A stretch of DNA of 51,591 nucleotides from Octopus bimaculoides (lineage: Eukaryota), in contig NC_068992.1 of assembly GCF_001194135.2 (NCBI RefSeq), positions 13,698,751 through 13,750,341 on the forward strand, given 5' to 3'. Shown here in pieces: positions 10,806 to 23,490 of the stretch; within the stretch, counting starts at the first letter, position 1; each line of letters starts with the position of its first letter. The notes under the pieces are model-generated. The model worked only from the letters and a program-made list of their open reading frames with translations, made no database searches and was not told where the DNA came from. Both the position numbers and the translations under genes were made by a program.

Positions 10806-12363
10806 TTGAAACAGTCTTTAAGGAGTTTGGGGGAAATTTGTTTTATAAGTACAAATATAGTCAATCACTCGTAATTGATGGATTTAGTTTTAAGAAGCGC
10901 ATAAGGTGGATAAGTCAAATTTGCATGGGAGGACATTTTAAACTCATTCATCTTTATTCAGTTTGGAATAATATATATATGAAATAAAAATGACAGTATA
11001 TAATGTAATGCTATTTCTGCTGTTTCATTTTGGGCTTTGCAAATGGAGCTCTCCATACAGAATAGTGATCATGATATATCTGCTAGTCAAATGCCAAGAA
11101 TTGGTCGTGGCAAAGGAAATATTTATACGGTTGCATTTGTATCACAGCAATGTTGAACTTACCACATTTAGTTCTCATGACTAAACCAACGGTTATATTT
11201 TCAATCTGATTCAGACCAACATCAGCTTTATTTGTTTCCGCAATATATCCGTTATTATATTAAGTAAAAATTAGTAACAATACCAGTAGCCACGGTCACT
11301 AATTCTGCTTTTAATTCCGACGATATTTCGATCAATAATCAAATTCATATGTAACTATTTAAATGTTTGCAAAGAGTTACTGAAGAGAAAATCATTATTC
11401 CCATAAGACTACCGTTTCTCTACTCGGTCTCTGTATCCCTCTCTGTCTATCTATCTAACTATCTCCTTTTCTTTCTATCTCTATCTCTATCTCTATCTAT
11501 CTATCTATCTATTTCCCTTTCTCTTATAATATATAGTGACGTACATAAATATTTTCATGCATATATGTATGTATGTATAAATATATATATGCAAATTTTA
11601 CAATGTAAGTATATATATATATACATGCATACGTATACCCAAAGACATACACACACACAGATATATGTGTATGTGTGTGGCTGCATGTGTGCGTGCATTT
11701 ATGCGCGCGTGTGTGTGTGTGTGTGTGTGTGAAATTAGATATCATATCTGCGGGTATTATTCCTACAGTTTGAATAATACTACAAAAGATACATTCGAAA
11801 TACACAACACATGACAAGAAGAGACTGGGAAAATTTTTTGTATTGTTTGTTCACACCATCACTTGTGTTTCTTTAACATCTCATGCGTAAAACCTTTCAA
11901 TGTAGACAATTGGAAGATCTCTATAGATATCAAAGTATAAATGTTAAATTATCAGGGTCGATATGCATATATATCTCAAGTAAGAATCTGCATGAGGATT
12001 CCTTCACACGTTTTACGAAAACAGAGCTTGAACTAGTGCTGACTTTGATTTGAAATATATCTAATTTATGAGGCAAAAGTTACAACGTAGGTATATACAT
12101 ACTTGCATACGTATACACGCAGACACACACACAGAGATATATGTATATATATATATATATATGTGTGTGTGTGCATGCATATGTGTATGTCTGTGTGTGA
12201 GTATGGAAGTGCATTAATATATACTCTTAATTGTAGATAATTCTTCTCAGTACACTGCTATAGAAATGCTAGTTATTGAATGCGTGTATATATTATGTCT
12301 GAATTTGTCTTGGACTTTTAGTTTGTAAATGTTGCCTTTATTTTTATTTTCATTCAATTTTAG

Positions 12364-12399
12364 AAACCTTATGTGGCTCTAGTACTTTATAAATATAAG
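12364..12399 (+). other. Candidate internal exon (36 nt, phase 0-0, KPYVALVLYKYK)
   Basis: Acceptor tttttattttcattcaattttag and donor AAG|gtaagt. Only frame 0 is open. No homology recognised. Confidence 0.3.
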
Positions 12400-13180
12400 G
12401 TAAGTGGTAGTAGCTTAGCCTTCATTTTTTTTCTTTAAATAATTGATATACGAATTTCCTGTTATTCTAGGTTGCTTCATTCATTTGGGTTTAATCTGTG
12501 TAAGATATTTACACGTATAAGAGAGTAAATATCTCCGATAGAGAAATTAATATTACAATATAAAATAAAAGTATTCATAACATCAATTTACATCTGATAT
12601 AAAATAGTAATGTAAATTCCAATCATGAGGCTCACATTCTACTTGCTCTCAGGCATTCACACATACACATATACACGCACATATATGTGTATTTGCTTGT
12701 GAAAGCTTGTGGGTGTGACGTACGTTAGTGCGCACATAGAAATTTAAACAATGTGATGATTTATGTGATATATAAAAATTTAGATATTTACTTTAACTCA
12801 TTTATTCGCCATGATTATGTGTATAGCACAATCTTTAACAGACGCAGGAGTTTAGAATTTATCACAAGCTCATTAAAACAATTAAATCAATGAAACGGCA
12901 TTAGAAAACAACTTCCATTTTTCGTTTCGATTAATTTTTAAACTCTAATGTTTAAACGTTGGGTGGTTGTCTAATATAAAGCATAACTTCGAGCACAGAA
13001 AACAAAAGCAAGCCTTATCGATTGCGACTTTAACAGTGACTCAGTAACATTATTTTATAAACCTGCCGTTACTATGGAATTATTTAAATCAAAACAATTT
13101 GCGCTTCGTTGGCAACTACTCAAATAGTGAAATTACTATATCTTTTGAATAAAAACTTCTGTTGTTGTTTTCTCTTTTAG

Positions 13181-13247
13181 GAAGAGGACAATATAAGAAT
13201 AAGAGGTATGCCCTGCCTGACAGGATTATGCAATGTGCCTTGTGCCG
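13181..13247 (+). other. Candidate internal exon (67 nt)
   Basis: Acceptor gttgttgttttctcttttag and donor CCG|gtaaga. Two frames are open: EEDNIRIRGMPCLTGLCNVPCA or (G)RGQYKNKRYALPDRIMQCALC. Confidence 0.35.
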
Positions 13248-13657
13248 GTAAGATTAGTTTTACGAGGTCTGTTATATATTGTTAGTTGCAGTAGTATTGT
13301 TATGTAAGATAATTTATCAAAAGGCATGGTGGTATCGGCAATTCAGTAACTTACCAAGTGGCGTTTTACGGACATTATGTAACGCAAAGTGACGTACTGC
13401 GAGAAAGGTTCAACATAAAATAAATATATCTTAAGCATGTGGAGAATTTTAGATTCTTCATGTGTAAATAGTCACTGAATACACGACTCGAAATATCTCT
13501 CAACTAAACTGAATCCTGCAATTTTCAAATTCCAGTAAAATATAACCAGACTTTTATATATTTCCCCCTAAAGCTCCATGCAATTTGTTTGACACTGAAA
13601 TCGTTGTGTTAGTGAGACGGTCGGTTCATACTAATGTCGTTTTCGTTTTCATTGTAG

Positions 13658-13716
13658 GACGTAGCAATATCACCACTGTTGGCTACTATAACGTTGTATC
13701 AATAAACAGTCCTTAA
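13658..13716 (+). other. Candidate terminal exon
   Basis: Branch-point-like tactaat, pyrimidine tract tttcgttttcattgtag, and AATAAA at 13701. Confidence 0.25.
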
Positions 13717-15459
13717 TCAAATACTATTGCTAGAAGAAAGCTGTGCGACACGTTATCTTCCTCTCATATACACAATCTTATATCAGCTCCTGACACTTAG
13801 TTCTCTTTTGTGCTGTCCAATCTGATGCACGGATTTCGGACAGATGTCCACTTTGAGGATAAATATTTGCATTCTCTCAATTGGGATTTCAAAGCTCAAA
13901 TCCCACGATGAAACATTCCTTCTTACAGTGAGTACATGCTTTTAAGACAGAAAAGCAGTTCATAATTCTCTATCAGAACTGTTGTAAAGAGCAGCGAATC
14001 GTCTCTACCGTACTTCAATGTACTTAGATGACTTAAGCTATTTTAGAGCTACACACTTCTCTTTAGACGCGACAGAAAAACCGCGTTTGTCAAACATGTT
14101 TGACATCATTTATTTTCTTGGTCCAGACCAGATTTCAAACAAAATATTAAAGACAAACCAATGTGTTGCGAACTTTCAATGCAAACATTCCTTTATTAAA
14201 TTCCCTTTTCTCCCAAGAGGTGAAATAGCAGTGGTGAGGCGGAAAATATATTTGAAATTGAACCTGCTTCAAACATCCCTCTACTGGAAACGTATCATTG
14301 TTTTTAGTTGTTCTGTGAATCCCCTCATCCACCCATGCCATGCACCTACATGTGTTTAATCTAAGTGAACTTTTTCAGATGTATATTGATGCAGTTTCAA
14401 TACACAATATTTGACATATGCTTAATGTACTGATTTTCTTTTAATGGTGCAACTTAACATGATTGCAAAACCTGGTCATTAGCTTGTGTTTGCAGATTGC
14501 CAGCATCCGGTGAATTCTTCAACCGTATTTCGTTAAGAGTTAATGGCCGTCATAACATAATAAAATATCTGCTACACATTTGGTTGGTCAAAAAATGTTA
14601 GTGCGGCTGCATATACTCAGAACATCTAACACTCTAATGATCCACTTGACAAAGCCGAGAATAAGTTTGAAAAGCGAGACGAAGAATTCACTGAAAATAG
14701 AGAGAACACTGTGAAAATGGGATGTCTTAAATTTTCTGAGTTGTTATTATATTTATCATGTAGAACTTAAGACAAGGTTGGCTTCATTATAACAACTAAA
14801 GCTAAGTAATGTTTACGAAATAAAATATTCGAAAGGTGTCGGCATAATGTCCCTAAGAGAAGGAAAACATAGACACCTGTCTTGCCTTAAAATATAATAT
14901 ATATCGGTAGAATCATTAGTAAGATATAATGATCGTAATATATTTGATATCAGTCTCATATGAACAGAAACTAAAAATATGGCTTGGTAACATGGCATGA
15001 TTTAATCTAGTGAACAGATTATGTTTAATGTCAGCAGATGCTTTACTGAATCTGGAGAAATGAAAAGTGTGAATGACCGCTATATTGGCGAATTATTATT
15101 TCTATATTAATCTAACAAGGAGTATGAATGGCGGATTATATTAATGGATACTTAATTCCATAATAATTATTAATATACATTAATTCCCATTTATGTGCAA
15201 CGATTTCATGCTCAACAGATTTAATTCATTAATGCCTTGATTCGCATACATTTACATACAGTCTCCAATTTCAAAGAATCCATCCTGCAAAATTAGCGCA
15301 TTTATGTTTCTGGGGATATGTTCAATGACTTGCCTTCTTCACTTCAAATTTCTTTCGTACGAATATATGGACTTGGCGAATAAATTAGTACATTGCTTCT
15401 ATCATTCCAAACATAATATAATTATTGTATTTGTCACATTATATATGTGTGTCAATACA

Positions 15460-15472
15460 CACACACACACAC

Positions 15473-15559
<87 letters not shown>

Positions 15560-15610
15560 ATATACATACACATGCACATACAGACATACGCATATATATA
15601 CATATACACA
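15460..15610. repeat. (CA)n(TA)n microsatellite
   Basis: Direct reading. Confidence 0.95.
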
Positions 15611-15712
15611 CATACGCATAAATGTTATTAGTTAATAAATCGTAAAGTATAGACCTGGTAGTTTACCGGTAAAGCATGTTCACTTACTCGATATTCGTTG
15701 AGTATTTCATTA

Positions 15713-15899
15713 ATGAGAGACGCGGAAGATGGAAGATACGAGAATGTTTAAGGAGATATATCTAATCACATGAGGAGACACATCTACACCTAAACCCGAC
15801 GTTCAGTTTCCCGCCAGTGTGGAATAGGTGCTTGATTGGTCGAAACAATTGCAGTGATCAATAAACATTTTCGCATCTTCCATCTTCCGTCTCTCTCAT
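15713..15899. mobile_element. MITE with 38-bp TIRs and TA flanks
   Basis: Left arm is ATGAGAGACGCGGAAGATGGAAGATACGAGAATGTTTA; the right arm reverse complement is ATGAGAGAGACGGAAGATGGAAGATGCGAAAATGTTTA (34/38 identical). TA lies at 15711-12 and 15900-01. No coding capacity. Confidence 0.72.
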
Positions 15900-16460
15900 T
15901 ATTCATACACACACGCACATACACACATATGCATATATATAATTTACTGATACCCAGCTCACGACATTGGCCTATACCGTGACGAGAGCTTAGGTATTTT
16001 CTACCGTGTGTATTCAATATATATATGTGTGTATGTATATATAAGTATATATATATATATACTTATATATACTTATATATATATATATATNNNNNNNNNN
16101 NNNNNNNNNNNNNNNNNNNNNNNNNNNNNNNNNNNNNNNNNNNNNNNNNNNNNNNNNNNNNNNNNNNNNNNNNNNNNNNNNNNNNNNNNNNNNNNNNNNN
16201 NNNNNNNNNNNNNNNNNNNNNNNNNNNNNNNNNNNNNNNNNNNNNNNNNNNNNNNNNNNNNNNNNNNNNNNNNNNNNNNNNNNNNNNNNNNNNNNNNNNN
16301 NNNNNNNNNNNNNNNNNNNNNNNNNNNNNNNNNNNNNNNNNNNNNNNNNNNNNNNNNNNNNNNNNNNNNNNNNNNNNNNNNNNNNNNNNNNNNNNNNNNN
16401 NNNNNNNNNNNNNNNNNNNNNNNNNNNNNNNNNNNNNNNNNNNNNNNNNNNNNNNNNNNT

Positions 16461-16630
16461 TTTTTTTTTTTTTCGCCGTGTTTTTCTCCTTGTCTCCGTA
16501 TTCTTTCTGTTGAAGAGCGTAGCTCGAAACGTCAAAGACTTTCCGTATTCCCGAGCGTCATACTAATATATACTTTTGTTATTTACACCCCCTGTCCTCG
16601 TCTGTTGTTATTTTTTGTATATTCTCCCAT
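16461..16630 (+). mobile_element. Probable Penelope-like pseudo-LTR fragment
   Basis: Contains TGAAGAGCGTAGCTCGAAACGTC, resembling the hammerhead-type signature of Penelope-like terminal repeats. The family assignment is an inference. It abuts an N-gap. Confidence 0.5.
16502..16538 (+). ncRNA. Candidate minimal type-I hammerhead ribozyme with variant core
   Basis: UCUUU-[CUGUUGA-A]-GAGC(GUA)GCUC-GAAA-CG-UC|AAAGA gives a 5-bp stem I, a 4-bp stem II, a palindromic ACGU stem III and a GUC cleavage triplet. Confidence 0.45.
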
Positions 16631-18044
16631 ATAAAAATATATATACAAGGAATTGAATGATAATGTAGGAGATAATAAATAAAAAATACATGTATTAGGC
16701 ATTCTTCTGAAAGTTATTATAATCAGTAAATGTGATGAACTAAAAACAGCTATGGCTGATATAAAATCGTATATCCCGACATTGGTGATATGCAAGCTTG
16801 ATAAGTATGCTATATGAATAATTATGGAGAAAATTTAATGCATAATTAATGTTGCAACATAGTAAACGGTAATAGCAAATTCATAATTAGAAAATATTAG
16901 CATAGCATCCTTGAATTTATAATTAAGCATAACATGATCGCTATTCTGACAAATATTCACAGACAAATTTCTCTGGTCTCTCAGGTTCTGAAAGTATTTC
17001 CTTCGGCTTCAGTGTGAACCAGGAGACATTTTTGACAAACGCTTTCTTGACAGGAATAAGAAACCAAATAATATAAAGGCGTTAGCATAGTCCAGTAAAT
17101 GTGTTGATAGTGTGTGTATAAATGTCTTATACTCTTAATGTAGGAAATAAACATCTACATAATACTAAAGTAAAATCTTCCCCAATATCTGTAGTGTAAT
17201 TATTTCTCGCATCTGACATATACAGGAATAATGTTACAAATTTTCTTAAACGTATCGTTCATTTTCTGAAACCCAGCTTTCACATTTAATTTACCACAGT
17301 TGAAAAATTCATCGACGGAATATTTCTCATCTCTATACAGTACTAGTCATCCCAATTTACATCCGATTCGCCTAAACGGTATTGCACTAATTTGGGATAT
17401 TGAAGAGAGAAAGTAACGCAATACATAGCGAACGGAGAGTTACATCTGTAATACTTGCATTAATCTCTTTATACGTATATGTGTGCGTGATTTTATGTGT
17501 GTGAGTGAGACATTGTGTGCGTGTTTATTACTGTGTTTATTTATTTCAATGTAAATATTTATGCATATGTATATGTATGATTTAACAGAATATATAGCGT
17601 CGGCTGATAATACATTTATTATTTGAAATCACGAATAGACTTGAAAATAGCTTATGAAAAGTATGTTCATAGCCGTATATAACTAACTTAAGTTTGCACC
17701 CAGCACCAAAACTAATAACGGGTACGATGGCTAAACACTTTACTGATTTTCTGAAAGAAACCTGACATTACCAGCCGGAACGTTTAATGTTTGCTGATAA
17801 CGAATCAAAGAAAATCACAAGCGTTCCCATGATTCATTCGAACAATAAAAATGAGAATGAAGGGAACAATAAAATATTTCATCCAAAAGATAAGGCTGCA
17901 AAATAGTTTAAACAGCGATATATATCGGAAATGCTTTGTTTTAAAACGTAATAGACTAGCCATGAATTATGTAAAGTTCTATGTACGCATGCCCATACTT
18001 TCAACGAAAGCTATATATTTTCACAGGGAGATTATTCTCCATAA

Positions 18045-18200
<156 letters not shown>

Positions 18201-19706
18201 GTTCTTAATTTGATAAATATCAAATATAAAATTGTGGCACATGATACAAACATGAAGAATAATGTATTCATAAATCAATTTAGTTGAAAATTATGAGGGA
18301 GAGCAAATGTACCTTGCTTCCACATTATATTTCTAAGTGTTAATATTATTAAAAAAAAAGGTAACATTTGAATGAAAATATTTATAAATTTTCCTCTCTT
18401 CGTTTAAGGTGATAATTCTTTTAAAGTATATGTAAGTTATTGTATCTTAGCTGAGAGAAGTTTAAATGGAAAATGAAATAAATAGAAATAAGAAGTTTCG
18501 TAGAAAAATCGAAAGAAAGCTAATGTTTAAAGGTTAAGGAATATTCATGATACCAACAGCTTTAAGCAGTTCCTTAGTCGACAGATTAATGTAATATTAA
18601 CGTAGTAATCGTAACACCATAAGCCCTAATTTTATGGTAGATTAATAATTCGACAAGATGTGTAGATGACTGTTTTCAAATCCAGACTCGTTGATATAAT
18701 CGTGCAGCAATGCAAGAGGGTTTTCATGGAGATTTTTAAGTAGTTTGTCTCAGTTTCTTTTTATATCTTGCGTGACCACGTTAGTGATAGTAACAGTTGA
18801 TAGCAATTTTACAGAAGGAAATGATAAAGGTATGTCCTATATTAGTATCTGTAACTTGAGAACACTATTGTTTTCGATCTTTTAATATATAAACCTTGCA
18901 ATGTGCGTATCCTAAAATTGGCTAAATTTCGTTGTATTAGCATTCTTTGGGATTCAATTCAAGATGTATAATCCTTAAACTTTTGGTGCTGCCAGATTCT
19001 AATATGACAACTTACATACGTCCAAGTAAATTCTTGGGTTAGCTTACTTGACACTACAGTGTTTATCTGGCTGCAGTTATTAATCTCTCATACCTTATTA
19101 TAATTAAGTTGTTATTATCTATTTTATTGCAGACTTTATTAAATATCAAAGATTGCATATTACAGTTCTGGTTATAGAGGTTACATTTTCTGCAATATCA
19201 GTGTGCCTATAATATGTATGTGCGATTAATTTCAATAACATAGGTAATCGGATCATTAACTGACAAAAATTGTGGATTTCCTGATGTTATTCTTAGTATT
19301 CATTGCAATCTCTTTACTAATTAATCTTGTCTCAGATTTAACTGGATTAATTAGCTTGCATTGAGATTTATATGCAAAGACTTGTTCCGGTCCTTAATCA
19401 TTACAAACAATTGCAGCTAAGCTCAGACACTGAGTCTTCAGCCTTCTTTTAGGTTTTGATATGGATTTTCATTCCTTATCGTATATGATGGCGCCTCTTC
19501 GTATGTAGGTTTGCCGAATATTATTGTTGAATAGCTACTTGTATGTTGTCTTCTCTGTTTGGTAAAGCTTTCCAGGTAAGTCTCAAAAGATTACTGCTTT
19601 ATTGGATTTCTTTATTTGATTTTTGTATTCTTTAATTTATCATATGGTTTCTAAACTTATTTTCCCCTTAACATAAGATACAAGCTCACAAACGCACAGA
19701 CATATA

Positions 19707-19802
<96 letters not shown>

Positions 19803-21311
19803 NNNNNNNNNNNNNNNNNNNNNNNNNNNNNNNNNNNNNNNNNNNNNNNNNNNNNNNNNNNNNNNNNTATATATACACGCTTATATATTTATATATGTAT
19901 GTACGTCATATGTATGTATGTATGTATGTATGCATGTATAGAAATGTATATATTCACATATGCATATATACCTATAACGCGATGCAGACAGGCAAACGTA
20001 CCAGCAAGGAAAGAAGAATGAATAACTGAATACATAAATAAATAAATAAATAAAGGTAAATTCAATTTAGATATGGCTGCATTTGTAGACGCGGTGATAC
20101 ATATAGACGTAGAATGGCTCTTTAAGGCGCACTTCACTTAAAAAGAAGTTTCCGGGTTCAATCGAATCGCATGACATTCTGACAAACCATCAAGAGTCTC
20201 AGATCGGCTAATACATTGTAGTGCCTGGAAATTGTATTAAAAAATCATCGGTACTCGAATATCCATGTAATTCCAAAAACACAACCTTGTCACCCACAGC
20301 GTTTAACGCTGATTCCGCTATTAAATTACATCCGGGTAATACTCAACTACTAACGCATTAACTCACCAGAAATTTATTCACTTAATTTAACATTTGAATC
20401 CTCCTCGTCAGTCAACGGAGATCCACTATCACAAAATATCGATATGGACAATTTAATGGACAAAATTATGTTATGTGTGTAATTTTCCATTTTATTCTAT
20501 GATAAATGGTCAAAATATTCATACTTTGTTAGGGAACGTATATCAGCAAACACCATTATTTACTACAAAATTTATACAATGATGCTATGTGTAAGGAATG
20601 TATATGCCAAAATATGTAGCACACTGCGAAAAGACTTCATAATATCTAATACCATACATTTACGTTCTGAATTCAAATGTAGCATAACTACCTTAATTTT
20701 ATATCTCTATTGTACAGATAGCTTAATTATCTAAAAATTAAGTCTTGTTTATGCTTTTGTCAGACAATATCTTACACTCCTGAAATTGGGCCACTGGTTT
20801 ATTATATGAAGCAAATAAATTCCAAACTTAAACTGTGGATTATTTGATTAAAATTGATAAAACAGTCGTACAATTCTTGTTCAGGATTTGTACCCTATGA
20901 TCATATTTCAATACAACTTTGGAGCTAGTTTATCGACCCATATTTTTTCAATGCTAAGAGAAGTCTGCGAAGATTGTAAAAATAACGTGTCTTAGTATCA
21001 TAATACATTTAGTATGACTCTATATATATTCGCCTGATTAAATAAAGATTACTTTCTTAAAAGAGAAAATATGCTCAAAACTATAATATATGATGTACAA
21101 CACACAAATATCTAACGTAGTAAAATCATAAATGAAATGCTGTAGTGATATTTCTTTTTTATTTCTAATGCTTGAAAGTCTTTTTCTAAAGCATTATCTA
21201 CAAAACGATGTTTTGAATGTTGCAACTTAAAGTGTATTTTCGGAACATATATTTTTCTTCTCGACTACTCTGAGACGCACTGATTGAAGGGAGAATATGT
21301 ATGTATGCACG

Positions 21312-21345
<34 letters not shown>

Positions 21346-22830
21346 TATATGATATAATACAATATAATATAATACTAAATATATGTATTCCTTTCAAACT
21401 CCTTTTGGTGAGTGTGTTTATTTCTGCAACATTTCAAACGATATGAATATCTCATGAGATTTCAGATACAATACGAATGGAATAAACGATAAATCATGTG
21501 AACTACTATGAGATAAACGAACGACTTCAGTAACCATTAGGAGAGAACTAGAAGGAGAAAGTAACATTTAATACGACATCAAACATCTATCTCCATACCC
21601 TCAAAAAACACATACACACAAATTTCATATATACATATAGATCTATACACATATAAGGTATCATTTAGTTCATGGAACACGTACACATATCGTGAAATAA
21701 AATAACTAGAAGAATAAATGAATAAACCTTGCAATGCTTTCATATAATTATTTGTGGTCTGATAAAGGTGAGACAATATGTCTCCAAGAAGTCAAAACTT
21801 GTACTGCTAGCAAGTTATTCATCTAAGTTGAAGACCAGAAGTCTAGTACCATAGTCCTGTATTAAACACCATGCCGTATTAAATAGACTATCGACGTTCT
21901 CATAGCAAAAGAAAATATATAAATAAGTAGGTAAAAGAAAAGAAAAAAGAAAATATATATAACCTCGTGAAATATCACTCGTGGCAATTATTCTTCTCTA
22001 TCACATCTCTTCCTGCTGTCTACAGTAGTAAAATTAAATTACATTTGCTTATATCCTTAATTCTCTGATCATATAATCATGTCAATGGCATTCTTATTTT
22101 CATGGTTTTGATGAATCTTGTATTCTACGGACACCAAAGAGGATATTTCCTTTCTTTTATTCGTATCTTTCCCCCACTACTCCCCCCTAACTCACAAAAC
22201 CTCTCTATTTCTTTCTGCCTTGTTTTTTTTTTAATATTATTTTCTTCTCTACTTTGAGATTTCTAATAATGGAGAAAGTCATATATAGAATCGCTTGCAG
22301 AGTTCCACGACGATTGACAGCCACGGAAGGACTTAAGGGTGGGGTTATTGGCTTATGGATTGTGTTGACTACTACAGAACAGATTAGATTATAGCTGCCA
22401 GACGCGCTAGTAGTGCAATGTAGTTGAGCGATGTGTCGAAACCAGAATATGTGTAGCATTGCAGTTACGTTTGGCTTCATACAAGAAGAAGAAAACAAAA
22501 TGTAAATTGACTGACTTGAAAGAGCGAAAGATTAGATTAGCTGTAAAACGGAGAATAAGGACTGAGTTAAGGAATATAATGAAGTAAAGGAATAATATCC
22601 ACTGAAAATGTCATGCTGATCACGTGCCAAACGGAAACCTAAGTACGAGATAGTCTTTTCGTTTTATTTAATTATGCTAGGAGTCAGAGCACAGGTGTTG
22701 TCGTCGCGACTTCTGTTAAAACTTATGTGAAAATTATGCTAACATTCGTTTTTTCTACTTCCGTAAACAAAATCCCAGAACCCTCAAAATGCTTTTCTTT
22801 CATTGGATCGTATGAGAAATAATATAATTA

Positions 22831-23061
22831 CAGTTATCCCTTGCCATATCGCGATTCACCTATCGCGGTTCACCTATCGCGGTTTATTATTTAAGTTCAC
22901 GTCGATTCCTCCGTGGTGTTGTTTTGATTTATAATAAAATAAATATATACAAATTATAAAAATAATAGAAAAAATATACAGTGTATTACTGTTTCTACTT
23001 CGTACATTTTCACCTATTGTGGAGGGGTTTGGAACTACTCACGGTAGTTGAGGAATTGCTG
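22831..23061. mobile_element. Tc1/mariner-superfamily (Tigger/pogo-like) MITE
   Basis: TA|CAGTTATCCCTTGCC... and ...GAGGAATTGCTG|TA form degenerate TIRs. There is an internal CACCTATCGCGGTT tandem repeat and an AT-rich core. Confidence 0.58.
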
Positions 23062-23149
23062 TAGTTCACAGAGCCCGAGTTATTTGACAACTATCAAAAA
23101 AACACCAGTTTGAAATCCAGTTGATCAGAATTTTTTTATATATCAACAA

Positions 23150-23490
23150 CGTCCATGCTGGAGTACTATCTTGAATGCATAGTCAAATAAATCGAGTCGG
23201 ATCCAGCACTTATTTTATTGAGATATTTTCCTGAAATGCTAAACTATGGGGATGTAAACAAACCAACACCTGATGCCAAGCGGTGGTGGGGGACAAATAC
23301 AAAAAAGACGCACGCATACACACACACGCATACACATATATGTGTGTATATTTTTGGATATGTTTACACGGAGGGCGCAAACAGTTTTCGCCTGCCAGAT
23401 CAACGTTTAATGCGTTGCTTGACCATGGGCTATTGTATAAGGAGCTTGCCCAAAGTGTCACACATTCAAACTGCCCATGAAACACATGGA
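23150..23490 (-). mobile_element. Degenerate SINE family A copy
   Basis: ggggatgtaaacaaaccaacacc...gggggacaaa(CA)n...gcttgcccaaagtgtcac matches the 5061 copy. Confidence 0.75.

Noticed and set aside
9194-10864. Long poly-Asp, poly-Ile, poly-Met and poly-His ORFs (up to 401 aa)
   Set aside because: They are translations of an (ATC)n/(GAT)n microsatellite and an N-gap. No splice or start context and no domain.
14018-14359. 113-aa plus-strand ORF and overlapping 64-aa minus-strand ORF
   Set aside because: No recognisable domain. The acceptor at ~14067 is good but the donor (gtgaaa) is weak, so it is indistinguishable from chance.
11163-14690. Minus-strand exon chain (14690-14617, 13396-13355, segment ending 11163)
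   Set aside because: It needs a weak gtatat donor and an acceptor without a pyrimidine tract, and the peptide is unrecognised.
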